Positions 11,621 to 25,170 of a stretch of 64,000 nucleotides of DNA are shown one piece after another. The position numbers were made by a program, and so were the translations under genes. Position 1 is the stretch's first letter, and every line of letters begins with the position of its first letter. The notes beneath the pieces were generated by a model. That model ran no database searches and was not told the origin of the DNA. It saw nothing but the letters and a program-made list of their open reading frames with translations. The DNA is from Octopus bimaculoides (lineage: Eukaryota). The DNA lies in NCBI RefSeq assembly GCF_001194135.2, contig NC_068994.1:31248739-31312738 (forward strand), read 5' to 3'.

Positions 11621-14600
11621 TATAAAAGAGAGATTCTATCTGTTTGTGTTTGTTTGCCTACCAAAATGAAAGTAAATGGTTCAAGGGAAGCTATTATATA
11701 TATATGTATCTATTATCATTATTATTATAATTATTATTATTATTATTAACTTTATTATCTATTATTCATTTCTTTGTCCACCAAAATGAAAGTGAATGGT
11801 TCAAGGGAAGCTATTTTGTATATATATCTATTATTATTATTACTATATATATATATATATAACAGAGATATTCTGTCCATTTCTGTGTTTGTTTGTTCAA
11901 AATTATACTATGGTACATAAAAATAATTTCTGTTTAACAGGTTTAGATGGTCATGGTCTCACATGGTGAAACCATCTAATAACAACTCCGTTCAGAAAGC
12001 TGGAATAATACATATACGTACCAGAGGGGAGAGAGACACACACAACCAAATAGAATGTTCAACAGAAGATTTATTGATATGTTAACATGTGTGTCTGTGT
12101 GTGCATCATGTATACAGAATAATAGACCGGCCATCATGAGAACAAAGTGTATGTGTGTATAGGCATGGATGTATGCATGTGCATTAGGTACATATAAGAA
12201 TAGCAATGAAGTGGACAGTGAAAGAGTCTATAATGAGAAGTTAGAAGAATGTTCATAGACATAAGAAATGAGAGTACCAGTTTGTAACCAATTGTACAGG
12301 GTAATTGAAATACTGTATCAAGTTGCAGTGATGATGCAAAGCTGGTTGCCGTACATGTTGTACGTGAAGTTGAGGCTGTAATACTGCTTCTTGGGTCACT
12401 TGGTACAGGAGTTCTTGCAGGTTGTATATTCACTGTTGATCCATGGTGAAGTACTTCACAAACAATGAAGTATTAGAACCTGTGCAAGTTGCTGGTTGAG
12501 CTGTGTACATAGAGAGATGATGTTGACAACATTAAGAAGATAATGGTGGCAACACAGATGGAGGTTGCCGTAATGCTGTTGGACGGGTGTTGTCATCTGG
12601 TGTTATTGCTGGAACTAACTGTGTCTTGTGTGGTCAGTGGCTGGACCTTAAAGAGTCTGGAACTAAAGATCTCAAGACAAGGAGAAACTGGGTTTTTATA
12701 AGGAGCTGTGAGCTCTAACTGGGTTGAGAACAGGCTGTCTCATGTGATCTATTTAGGGGTTCTGACTGATTATACGCTGCGTATTGACACAACAGAGTAA
12801 GAGACAAATTGTGCCAATACCAAACAGAGTAGTGGTCATAATGGGGTCCAAATAGTGGCCAAAGGTTAGCTGTTATCTGCTATGCTGGGATACACATATA
12901 TATAATAAAGGGGAGAGAGGAATTTCACTCAATCGTTCACTACACAGGTATCACATTGAAAGCTATTAAATTACAAAGTGTTTGTGTTGTTTATAATAAA
13001 CTTTATTTTACATTTCTTGCCCACAAGTGATTATGTCTGCTCTTTAGCATACTTCTGTATGTCATCTCAAATCATGATCACAGGAAAAGTTGTTGATAAT
13101 TCTTATCAACTAAAACAAAGCTGATAAATATGCACAAGTGTTGCAAAATAAGTTTAATTACCAATAAACATCAGCTTGGATAGCACTTTATTCAACCGAC
13201 AGAGGAAGATGACCAATCAAACTGATTATGTAAATAGAATTCTGATTGGTTGAAAGTGTCTTCTTGTCTCAAGCTCTGATTTTCTGCCTATTCTTGTCAG
13301 AACCTTTGATATGGAGTATCGAAATTTTAATCCCTTTCACACTTATAAAATGTCAAGTAAACTTTAAAATTTGTCATTACCGTTTTAGCTGGGAGACCAA
13401 ACTGATAGTTTGGTAACCCGCTAAAATAAACATTAAAAACCGAAAGGAGAAAATAAACAGCTTTGTAAATTTAACTCAGTGTTTATTGAACAAGAGAGGT
13501 ACACAATTTAAGAAGTGACTTGTTAGAATATACACATCTGTGAGGAGACATAAACAAAAATAGCAAAGATCTATTATGCCAAAAGAACTGGTAATACATA
13601 CATTACAAGTGTTCTATGAAGAGAACATAAGATTGCTGCATAATTCAACATGAATGTGAAACGACATTAAACATCGTTTAAGGTAAATGAAGGTTTCTGT
13701 AGGAATGCTAAGTCATATTCACTTAGTGAGTTTACATGTGCAAGGATGAATTTTGATGTTGTCGTTGTCGGCGTTAGATGCAGTAAGAGCTGATAGTGGT
13801 GATGTCAGCGGTGAGGAATTTCAATGTGTTGTAACATGGAGAAAGTGAGTAAATAGCTTCCTGGTGCAAACGCAAGCTAGACTCTCTAAGTGGAAAAAAA
13901 TTATCTATTTAAGGAAATTGCTAGGCTCCATTGCGATTGCTAGATGCTCCAAGCAATATAAAATATGGCCCAAACCATGATTACCAGCATGAATATCATG
14001 TATTTAACCATTTTATGATTTTAGTAAATTTATACAGAAAACATAAGCATTATACCATCCAGCATAAATAAAAGTCAAATACATTATATTTTTTCTGTAA
14101 AAACCTATTCTGACATTAAATGAGTCCACTTCCTGTATGAATGTTTACATTTGTATATAATTTTACAAAAAAAATTTCTAAAAAAAATTCTGGAAACGAT
14201 CTACTCATGTAATTTAAGTTTATTTTTGTTTTTGCGGAAAAAAAGTGCGTAAATTACATGGGTTTCTATGGTATTTTTTAGAACCACAAAGAATGATTAA
14301 CAGTTAAGTAAATTTAACATAGAATGTTTACCACCACACTTAATTTTATACCCTTAGTTGAGCAGTATGTAAGGCGAAAATATGCAGGTTTCACTTAATT
14401 GAGCCTCAAGCCTTTTTTGACGCCCTTTGTAAGAATGTCCAGGCATAAATGTAGACAGCCATTATATTGTGTTTACCTTCAATAACAGCATAAAACAATA
14501 AGCTGGAGATTCACCTTTAGAACTGCAATTTTATAAATGAAGTTCTAGCTTATCGTATTATGGTTATATCTGCATCGTCGTCCCCCACCTCAATCGGTGC

Positions 14601-15222
14601 CCAGGACACTTGCTCCCCTAGTTAAACTACTGCATGTATATCAGTGTATTTGGAGAAAACAAAGGAATCAAAGACAATACAAAGTGATGTAGATTGACTA
14701 AGAGAGAAAAAGAAAAAATAAGTGAGGGAGAAAATGATTCATGTATTTGATGATAGACAGCATAAGATGCAGTAAGAAGGTCAATAAAGTATTTGGTGAC
14801 AGACAGCAGAGGAAATTGCAGCTATAGTCTTAATATTAAAATGTCATTATCTGATGGGAACAAAACATCTTCATTTATATTTGTCTATAATTTATGGCTG
14901 TCACAAACAAACCCCATAATTTTTATGGATACTGCACTGCTCTGTGTGTGTGTCGATATATATATATATACTTTACTTAAAAGTGGCAGAAATATAACAA
15001 AAGCTGTTACTCAGAGTTTATATATATAAACACACTCTCACACATAAATTAATTCAAAATCACGTATTCTGGGAAAGAAGAAATGGGTTTAGTGGATAGT
15101 GCAAGATCTGGGTGGGAAGACATAGGTGACGAGAGGAGAAAGCAGTTGAATTGGGTAGTTCTTGATGTAACAGGTCAATTTAATCCATTTTCATGAAGTT
15201 CTTTTTTGTTTGATCCTTACAG

Positions 15223-15279
15223 GAAACGCTGGTAATTATAAAATCCAAGATCCCTACATACAGCTCCATTAACAGATGA
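15223..15279 (+). CDS. PACRGL: PACRG-like protein, terminal coding exon: ETLVIIKSKIPTYSSINR*
   Basis: ccttacAG acceptor, in frame with the previous exon; IIKSKIPTY is the PACRGL C-terminal motif; TGA at 15277-15279. Confidence 0.93.
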   Translation, partial: ETLVIIKSKIPTYSSINR

Positions 15280-15849
15280 AAGACCAGGTGAAGGGATATA
15301 TCTGGTGGATATCTGTCAGTCATGTGACCTGCTTCAGTGTGAAATGTGAAAAAGTAAAGCAAAGGGGAGGAAAAGAAGATGTGGAGGAGAGAGACTACTA
15401 CTTATTTCAGTCTTTAAAGCCTGTTCTTTACTTCTTTCCAACCAAATTATACAACTATGATGTCAACAAGCCTTCATATCAGCTATTTTGTCACATTTAA
15501 GTATCTATTTCTGATAATTGTATAAAAACCACCCAATGCATCTTCAAGTCTTTTTCACATTTTTATGAAGTAATTGATAGCAAAGAAAAGAATACTAAAT
15601 TTATTTTTACAGGAGCAGGTTGGAGATGGGGGGGCTAAATGTTTGTCATTTGAACACTGATTTGAATGTCTTAAGTAAATTCTTTGCCCAATCTGGTAAA
15701 AGATAGCTCATCTGTTTCCTTTCCATTCATTTGCTGGATAACTCAAAATAACAACTGAAAAAATATATTTTGTTATTGTAAAAATTTCCTTTCATTTGCT
15801 GTTGTTGTAGTCATCATTTATATTAAGAATATCTTTCAAGTTAGGCTTG

Positions 15850-16200
15850 AAGATAGAACATGAAATCAGCCTTGAAATGATGAGGGTAGTAGTAACTAAT
15901 GTTGATCTCTATTGGGAACCTTCAGCTGGATCATACAGTTATATGACAACATTGATTCGATTGTTCGGGTGAACGGTTTTCTTTCTAAGCCGTTCTGTAT
16001 CAAACATTTTCCGGGTTAATCTTTGCTCCAGCCACCATCTCGTAAACCTTAATGGTTTCACCTATCGTTTGTAGGTGTTCCATCATGGTCATGATGATGG
16101 TGATGTCATCCGCATATGCTGAAACCGTGGTTCCCTCGAGATGCCACTCAACTTTCGCAGTAACGGCTCCAGAGCCATCACATACAAAAGCGGCGAGTAT
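15850..16200 (-). mobile_element. L1/Tx1-clade LINE RT fragment
   Basis: SPLLYVMALEPLL and SAYADD-like sequence, similar to 57960-58070 of the large Tx1 element. Confidence 0.75.
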
Positions 16201-16784
16201 ATGTAGAAAATTTTGTTAAAAACTATCCATTTTCTGGATGTTATGAGGCAACAATGTCAGGGCATATACATCTGTAGTAATGCCCTTTTATTTATACGAT
16301 TTTTTTTCATTTCATATTTATTTCATTCATTGTTTGCAATAGTCTCTCTCCTCACACATATACTGCAAAGCTTACAGTTAGGCTGCTGAATTGAAATCTC
16401 TATGTTGCTTTGAGGGGAAGGTAAAACTTGACAAATTGCGTCTCCTATTGTTGGACTACCACGATGTTTGTTTAAAACAGAGAGATAATGACTGTGATAA
16501 AATAATGAAAGCAATATTTACTAAGCAAGTGAGCATTGTTATACAAAGAAATAATTAGACATAAAATATAAAAATTATTAGAATTGGGAATCAAATGTGA
16601 AAATATTATCAAGGGGCTAGCAGAAAACTGCTCAGAGGGTGGTCTTTCTGCTAGTATATATATATAACATGTGTGTATAAGTTGACATAGTGCTTTGAGG
16701 TAATTTGTCTTTCATTCCTAATCTTCTATGAAAGTATGTCTGGCCAGAGGGAAATATTGCCTTACTTAGAAACAGGTGAGTGTC

Positions 16785-16915
16785 AGTAAGAGGAAGGACA
16801 TCCAGCCATAGAAAATTTGCCTCAACGAATTCCAACCGACCCATGTGAGCATGGAAAAGTGAATGTTAAAACGATGATAACAACAATGACGATGATGATG
16901 GCAATGATGATGATC
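16785..16915 (+). mobile_element. RTE-type 3' end with (GAT)n tail
   Basis: aggaaggacatccagcc...gcatggaaaagtgaatgttaaaacgatgat. Confidence 0.65.
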
Positions 16916-17429
16916 TCATTCTTTGTAAGTTCTAATCTAATGTAAGCATTTTGCTAGGTTTCAAACCAGGATATTTTTCAGACTCTAGCTGCCAAGTCTT
17001 TACTAGGTACCTGTATAAAGTGATTTTTTTCCTATCTGTTGCTTAATTCTACCATAATTAGATTTAAATACAATGTCTGTGCTCTTTGAAAGCTCTCAAA
17101 AGCTTGCATAACTCACCTTGTTTTATATTAAGTTAATTCTTTCAGGAACATTCAACAAAAGACTCTCCTTGTGTTTTAAGGAATTTTGAAAATAATCAAG
17201 AATTTAAAGGGATTTAGTAAAATGATTAACATTTTGGTATTTAACATACTCAAGATAAGTATTTGGTGCATAACAAAAGATTATTTCATAAAATTATGAT
17301 AGAAGGTTCTAAATTGACTATGAACATTTTAAAATAGGTAAATTTTTGTATCACAGAATCTGACACCAGGTTGGGTTCAAAAGGGTGAAAGAATTTAAGT
17401 CCAGATTATAGTTTCATTTTAATAGGAGT

Positions 17430-17655
17430 ATAACCTTTTAGCCATTAGATTATTTTGTCAAAAGTATGCTTTTTTATTCACATTGTTTAAATTAATCATG
17501 CATTATCTCATAGCTTTGAAATTTTGATGATGTGATTGTATATTTTTACAATAGCATGGGAGGGTAGGTATGATAGGCTGAATCTGGCTGGCTAGAACAT
17601 AAAACAAGTAGCATATTTGGACCAGATATAGCCAGTTTAAATGCTAAAGGGTTAA
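17430..17655. mobile_element. piggyBac-type MITE
   Basis: Right end AATGCTAAAGGG-TTAA; degenerate inverted left end TAACCTTTTAGCCATT. Confidence 0.55.
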
Positions 17656-17839
17656 TGGAGGAAAGTTTTGTCTATTATATAGGCAAGTCAAGCAACTATA
17701 TAGAACTCCCTTCCTAGCTCATGACAATGATATATGCATCATCATCATTATTGTAATCATCAATTTTATCCTTTTTTTTTTTTTCCATAACCACATATGT
17801 AGAAGTTTGCTATCACACTACACACAACTAACTAGATAT

Positions 17840-18050
17840 AATGGTTTCAAATTTTGGCACAAGGCCACTAAGTTCAAAGGAGGGACTAAGTCAATTAAAT
17901 TAACCACAGTGTTCAATTGGTACTCATTTTATCAAGGCTGAAAGGCAAAGTTGACTCCAGCAGAATTTGAACTCAGAACGTAAAGCCAGACGAAATTCCA
18001 CAAAGCATACTAATGGTTCTGTCAACTTGCCACCTTAAACTCGCTGGATA
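17840..18050 (-). mobile_element. SINE family B
   Basis: ggcacaaggcc...aggcaaagttgactccagcagaatttgaactcagaac is the reverse complement of family B. Confidence 0.7.
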
Positions 18051-20249
18051 TAATGGCATCTTATATATACCATGTTTGAGCATTCAATATTTTTTTTTTT
18101 TTTTTAAGAAACCATTTTTTTTCACACCTAAGAACAAAACTAATTATTTAATGACACTGGTGGCAAGTATGATCCACACCTGTTTTTTTTTTTTTGTTTC
18201 CATTTATTAAAAAAAAAACACAACTAGTACAGGCATCCCCACTTCCTCATGCTATAGAAATGGCAACATTCCAGAAAATCTTATCATAACATGGTATCTT
18301 GTAATGTGAAATCTATTTCCCTCATGCACTTCCATGTAATATAACATGGAAATTAATAACATGGTATGGAATTCCTTGTTACAGCAAAATTTTCAGTAAT
18401 GTAATACTTCCATAACATAGGGGATGACTATTTATATTCCATGACATTTTTAACGTTTCCAGCATGGCTCCTTATGTTGAAGGAAACAGGCTTACCTAAA
18501 ATGTTAGTTTCCACTTCTCATAGTACACACCATATGGAGAAAGCTTCTATCACCACTTTACCTTCAGTGAAATCTCCTTCAAATTGTTCTTCATCAGTTT
18601 AAATAACCAATTTACAGAATGGACAAAAGTCAGCTTTTATACTCTATAAAGTAATTAGTGTTAGGAAGAACATCCAGCTGCAGAAATCATGAAATCATGC
18701 TGAAATTGGACTGCACAATGAAAATGTGACCTTCTGGCCTGTTTTGAAGGCAAGTACCTCCAAATATGAATTGACATGGGCCATGACAACCCTTCAGTAC
18801 TATTCCAGCTTGGAAAACAGATGTTAAGTAACATTTTAAATACACACACACATACATGCACATATGTATCAGTTCAAAAATGTTTGGGACATGTTTGATT
18901 TGTAAACAAGCAACTTCACTGCAATCTGTCATGGAGACAAAATTCTTGCTTTAAGCAAAACGTGTTAAAAAACATTAAAGTCAGTTCAGAGACTCCATCC
19001 ACTCTGGTTGATTGGTAGATGCATTTTGAGCTTTTGCTCTCTGCAGTTACAGATACCAAGCAGGGCAACTCTCAACTGACTGGAAGTTTTAACTTCCTCA
19101 TAAGAGATCAATAAATAATATTTACTGATTACATGGTACAGCCACTGGGCCAGAGCAAAATACCTGGACAGCACCCAAAGCAGTAATGTAAACTAAACAA
19201 ACTTTACTTAGTGGCCATGAATGACAGCTTGGTATACATAGATGATGAAGCATAACAATGCAGAAGTGCATGCATCCTACAATCCAGTGATATCATTCAT
19301 AACCTAGTAATGTTTCCACTCATACTGTCTCTAAAGATAATTTTCAGCGTATTGTAATAGTTGGCATTAGGAAGGGCTTCCAGTTGTAAAAACTATGCCA
19401 CAGTGAAGCTTGGTGCACTCTTCTGGCTTGCCAGCTCCTGTCAACCCATCCAACCCATGCCAATGATGATGACAATTGTTTATCAGTCCAGACGTACACA
19501 AACATGTTAAATATGATTTCATATAACTCTGTACACACATATATACATATACGAGGTAGTATTAAAGCATTCCCGGACTAGTTATGCTTACTAAAAAATA
19601 ACTTATTTACGTAAGTGTAGGTCTGATACTATACTAAGCTAACAGTATCTGTATGGGACAATGCAGATTTAGCTAATAGTGTCAGTATGATACCATATTG
19701 ACTAAGCTAATAATACCAATTTAATACTACACTGAGATGCTAACAGTGTTGATATCATAGAATGCTGGCTTAACTTTGTTTATCTAGCCAAGATTTATTG
19801 ATTCTGAAGAGTCAAAACAATATCTACACATTGTGTCTATCCACTACTCAGTTATGGATTGTGACTTTCTAGTCAGCATCTAGAGATTGTATCTGTCTAG
19901 CAAACATCTATAAACTGTGTCTATTCAGTCAACATCTATAGGTTTTAAATGTTTTTGTTAAAATATGGTCACCAAAGGATTACTACAGTGAAAACATTAA
20001 TTAAAGACATTATGTAACGTGGAAAAGATAATATTAACTCTATGGTTATTACTTTAAATATTTCACCAAGTATGGGAGACAACTCTGGGCATGTTTTGGT
20101 TTTAATAGTTCTCCTCAGTGAAACACTGGATTCATTATACTTGCTGAATTATTGGTGGAAAAATCACTGAGTATTATGTCAATATAGTCATCAATTTCAA
20201 ACTGAATATCTAGGTAAAAAAAAAAACTGTTTTAGTTCCAAAACACTAT

Positions 20250-20460
20250 CATATACTAGCACAAACCAGAAAATGGACCTCCACATATTTACCCAATCTG
20301 CTAGAAATAACTGCCAATATTTTTCAAATAACATCCAACTGTTTTAAAGAAGGACATGCTAGTCTCGAAGAACACTACACCTGGAAAAAAACAATGGAAT
20401 GGTTACAGCTGGAATATCTTTGATCTTAAATCAACTCAATCAAAGTTGTCTTAGGACTAA
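20250..20460 (+). repeat. Interspersed repeat family D (SINE-like)
   Basis: tgctagaaataactgcc...ttaaagaaggacat...cagctggaatatctttgat is similar to the reverse complement of the 51480-51680 copy. Confidence 0.55.
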
Positions 20461-21479
20461 TTAAGAGCCACAACCATGTACTAACTAGATATGCCTAGCT
20501 GCAAAATAACAGCACGTAGTAGCTTTCAACAAAAATTAGGGTAAAACTGCCGATAAACTTCAACCGAAAATTAATTTTCATTGATGTAATTAAAAAATTC
20601 GATATATTTACCAAATAAAGGCTTTTTACCATGTCAAGTTCCCGTTTGTCCTATCTAACCTATCAAAGACTAAATCCATCTAATGTAAAAAGATGTTTTG
20701 TTCTATGATGCCGGTTGAGTCTTTCAGCAAATTTAGTACGAAACGGCATTCTTTATTTCATTGAAGTTCATACTCCCTTCCCCACCTTCTACCCATGTTC
20801 CTCTGCTTCTTTCTTTTATAGGTTCGCTGTTTCTTCTCTCTCAATCTCATGTTTGCTCTGTTTTAAAAATACTTCGTAATTAAAGTGCAGATGAGAGTGA
20901 AAATTAAATAACTTTACGAATTATCACCTTAATGGAGAAGGAAGTAAACATTATATTAGTAAATAACATATTTCCAAAATTTCTTCAATAAATTCTCCTG
21001 TCAAACAAAGAAAAATTCCATTGATCATTTCTCCTTGTACGTATGTGCGCGCGCGCTACAAAATATCAGGTGAGAAGAGGGCTAGTGCTTCTATACTAAA
21101 CAATATGATAAAGATTTCGAGCAGTTTTGCTGGTAGGAAGTCAGCCCATAAAATACAACGTTCTGAAATTTAACTTTCCGAACTAAACTTCATTAAGCTC
21201 CTCCTTCTACTGGTCAGATTTCGTTAACGAACTATGAGCGTGCCCCCTCACCGAGTAATGAAGACAGTTAAAAATGAATAGACCTAGATAATATAACCTT
21301 AAATTGGAAAAGTGCGCGGTACGCTGTTAAATTCTTGTTGAAATGGGTCAGCAGCCAGGTTTTGATTCCCTTTTAGCTTACCTTATTATATTAATACCTG
21401 ACAAAGGCTTGAAACGACACAATCCACATTTTTCCTTATTTCATTAATTCTAATTATCACAATATTTCCAACAGGCATT

Positions 21480-22431
21480 GAAATGATAGTGATGGTGGCG
21501 GCGCGATGTAGACTGCCCCAAACTATCTACACCACCACTACTATAAAAGACAGACGAGTTATACACTTGTAAAAGAAAGAAAAAACATGAAAACTAGCCT
21601 CTCGACAGTTATTTTATTTCGTTAGCAGTGTTAGTTTTGCTAACTTACCCTTTATTTGTTGTAGATTGGTAAGTGTAATAGGCCGGAAGTAAATTCTACA
21701 TTGCTAGGTAGATTATGTTAACAAAGTAGTCAATGTTAATTGTTATATATTACATTCACCTAGCGAGTTTGAAATGGTAAAAATTAATCATAAAGAAGCA
21801 AGACATATCGCTGAGAAAAAAAAATTATTACAAAACCCATTTCAGAATTTTATATTTCGTTTTTACTTAAGTTAATTATAAAATAAAGGAAATTAGATGG
21901 CGATCGAGAATAAAAGAATTAGAGTAAAGAACAAACATGGAGACGAAAAGGGGAAAACGGTAAGGGGAGAAAGAATAAAATACAGTGGAAGACAAATAGA
22001 GTAAATGAAGCGGGTGAACAGACAGATGGGTGAGGTAAGAAAATGAAGAGATGTGAAGAAAGATAAGCGCGAGTAAGGAACAAAAGCGGGAAAGATGATG
22101 TCAAAATGAGAGAGAGGGAGAGATTGAAGCTGAAACAAAAGGAAAAGGATGGGAAACGTAAGTAGAAAGGGGGACTTTTTCACCGCTTACACCGGGTCGC
22201 ATCAAATTTTATCACCCGCAGACAATGGTACGGAGGAACTGGCGCTGTAGTAATTCGTTCTGCGACTACTTGGTGACGCGATCCTAGCTGACGCTTGGTT
22301 ATCCCTCCCCCAACGTTGTGTTTGTCCTGGTCGGGACTGTTTATGGTGTGTCAGCGGGCCAGCAACCGACCGCAGCCAAACTGGCTCTCTTAGCAACGGC
22401 CCCGCCTCTCTGTAGCCGAAATACTAGTGAG
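21480..22431 (+). promoter_or_regulatory. Probable promoter and non-coding first exon (donor A/GTGAGT after 22425), likely of the ZNF gene
   Basis: Local CpG/GC enrichment, ETS-type CCGGAAGT near 21685, GC-rich 22190-22425 ending in a consensus donor; link to the ZNF acceptor at 36376 is inferred. Confidence 0.45.
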
Positions 22432-22597
22432 TACTTACAATTAGTTCCTTCATTCTAACACATTCTCAGCAGCACGTCACAGTCGTTTCCTGCATGCATG
22501 TTTCCACTTAAATTAAGAAAGAAAAAAACAGAGGGAAGCAGTTAAAGAATATATATATATATACACACACATTAAAAGTACATGCACACACGCATAC

Positions 22598-22638
<41 letters not shown>

Positions 22639-23359
22639 NNNNNNNNNNNNNNNNNNNNNNNNNNNNNNNNNNNNNNNNNNNNNNNNNNNNNNNNNNNNNN
22701 NNNNNNNNNNNNNNNNNNNNNNNNNNNNNNNNNNNNNNNNNNNNNNNNNNNNNNNNNNNNNNNNNNNNNNNNNNNNNNNNNNNNNNNNNNNNNNNNNNNN
22801 NNNNNNNNNNNNNNNNNNNNNNNNNNNNNNNNNNNNNNNNNNNNNNNNNNNNNNNNNNNNNNNNNNNNNNNNNNNNNNNNNNNNNNNNNNNNNNNNNNNN
22901 NNNNNNNNNNNNNNNNNNNNNNNNNNNNNNNNNNNNNNNNNNNNNNNNNNNNNNNNNNNNNNNNNNNNNNNNNNNNNNNNNNNNNNNNNNNNNNNNNNNN
23001 NNNNNNNNNNNNNNNNNNNNNNNNNNNNNNNNNNNNNNNNNNNNNNNNNNNNNNNNNNNNNNNNNNNNNNNNNNNNNNNNNNNNNNNNNNNNNNNNNNNN
23101 NNNNNNNNNNNNNNNNNNNNNNNNNNNNNNNNNNNNNNNNNNNNNNNNNNNNNNNNNNNNNNNNNNNNNNNNNNNNNNNNNNNNNNNNNNNNNNNNNNNN
23201 NNNNNNNNNNNNNNNNNNNNNNNNNNNNNNNNNNNNNNNNNNNNNNNNNNNNNNNNNNNNNNNNNNNNNNNNNNNNNNNNNNNNNNNNNNNNNNNNNNNN
23301 NNNNNNNNNNNNNNNNNNNNNNNNNNNNNNNNNNNNNNNNNNNNNNNNNNNNNNNNNNN

Positions 23360-23389
<30 letters not shown>
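22598..23389. repeat. (TG)n/(TA)n microsatellite interrupted by an N gap
   Basis: Direct reading; similar gap-flanking (TA)n arrays at 24495-25170, 28345-28480 and 38200-39300. Confidence 0.9.
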
Positions 23390-23391
<2 letters not shown>

Positions 23392-24491
23392 AAATACAAG
23401 TGTTTTCTTGAATGTGATCATCCCTTCAAGAGATTAACATATCCTCTAATTAACTTTATATATACATATATATATGTATGTATATATACCCATTCGTATA
23501 TCCATATTGAATCGATGTATGTATTATATGCATGTGTATAAATAGTCATTATATAACTACATGCGTTTGTATGTTTTTGTATATACCCATGTACGTTTGC
23601 GTATGTATTCTGTTACATATAAATATTACTAAAGATCAATCTTTAAAGTTTATTTATAAACTGATTTGTGTGTATATAAATCTGTAGAGGAAGAGAGTGG
23701 TTAAAATTTTGTGGAGACTATTGATTTATATAGATAAAAAAAATTTTCACACATAGAGCTGCAAAAGAGCGACTTTTAGGGTTTGCTTACCTGCTGAACG
23801 ACAGTTTGTACTTTGTCACTAGTAGCGGATTGCGCCCGTGCTCGAAAGAGAATATTCTTCAGTCGCCGGATCCACTAAAAGGGTACCTCAGAACGTTATA
23901 CTTCACAACGTCAATTAGCGGCAGGACTATAAAGGAAATTCTGCATTAGTTCGTCTCTAACCAGTCTTGCTACGAAATATATTGATGGAGTCCTTACTAG
24001 TATCCCGATGTCAATGAGTTACTAAATTAAGTATTTGAATTGTAGTCTTTATACTTACGTAGCTATATGCACACACAAAAGATTATCGTTGGGTTAAATA
24101 AATTACTTCTACTGTAGAATATATCTATAGGTTTTAGCCAATATTCTATGTGATACTAAGATATAAACATTTTGAATTTATGCACGCTATATTCTTGGAC
24201 AGAAAAAGTGATGTGCTGCATAATCTGCATCCCGTACATCCCAAATATGTGTGATATATGAAAATTGGTTTCTTTCATTTATTCGAGCCCTTACAAATAA
24301 CTAGTTTAAAAGCTGTCTCTTCATAATCAAAAACAGTGTCATTAACTGAAAATATCTCAACACAGTTCAAATTACTTCGATTGTCCCACTTTTTCTGTCC
24401 ACTGTGGTGTTTGGAATAAAGACAATGTGTTTATGTCTATCAGTTATTTAATATTGAGTACGTGTGTGTAATATAGTAATTGTATGTGTAG

Positions 24492-24546
<55 letters not shown>

Positions 24547-25091
24547 NNNNNNNNNNNNNNNNNNNNNNNNNNNNNNNNNNNNNNNNNNNNNNNNNNNNNN
24601 NNNNNNNNNNNNNNNNNNNNNNNNNNNNNNNNNNNNNNNNNNNNNNNNNNNNNNNNNNNNNNNNNNNNNNNNNNNNNNNNNNNNNNNNNNNNNNNNNNNN
24701 NNNNNNNNNNNNNNNNNNNNNNNNNNNNNNNNNNNNNNNNNNNNNNNNNNNNNNNNNNNNNNNNNNNNNNNNNNNNNNNNNNNNNNNNNNNNNNNNNNNN
24801 NNNNNNNNNNNNNNNNNNNNNNNNNNNNNNNNNNNNNNNNNNNNNNNNNNNNNNNNNNNNNNNNNNNNNNNNNNNNNNNNNNNNNNNNNNNNNNNNNNNN
24901 NNNNNNNNNNNNNNNNNNNNNNNNNNNNNNNNNNNNNNNNNNNNNNNNNNNNNNNNNNNNNNNNNNNNNNNNNNNNNNNNNNNNNNNNNNNNNNNNNNNN
25001 NNNNNNNNNNNNNNNNNNNNNNNNNNNNNNNNNNNNNNNNNNNNNNNNNNNNNNNNNNNNNNNNNNNNNNNNNNNNNNNNNNNNNNNNNNN

Positions 25092-25170
<79 letters not shown>

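Noticed and set aside
21893-22183. Hydrophobic minus-strand ORFs
   Set aside because: Product of a GA-rich low-complexity tract; no protein-like features
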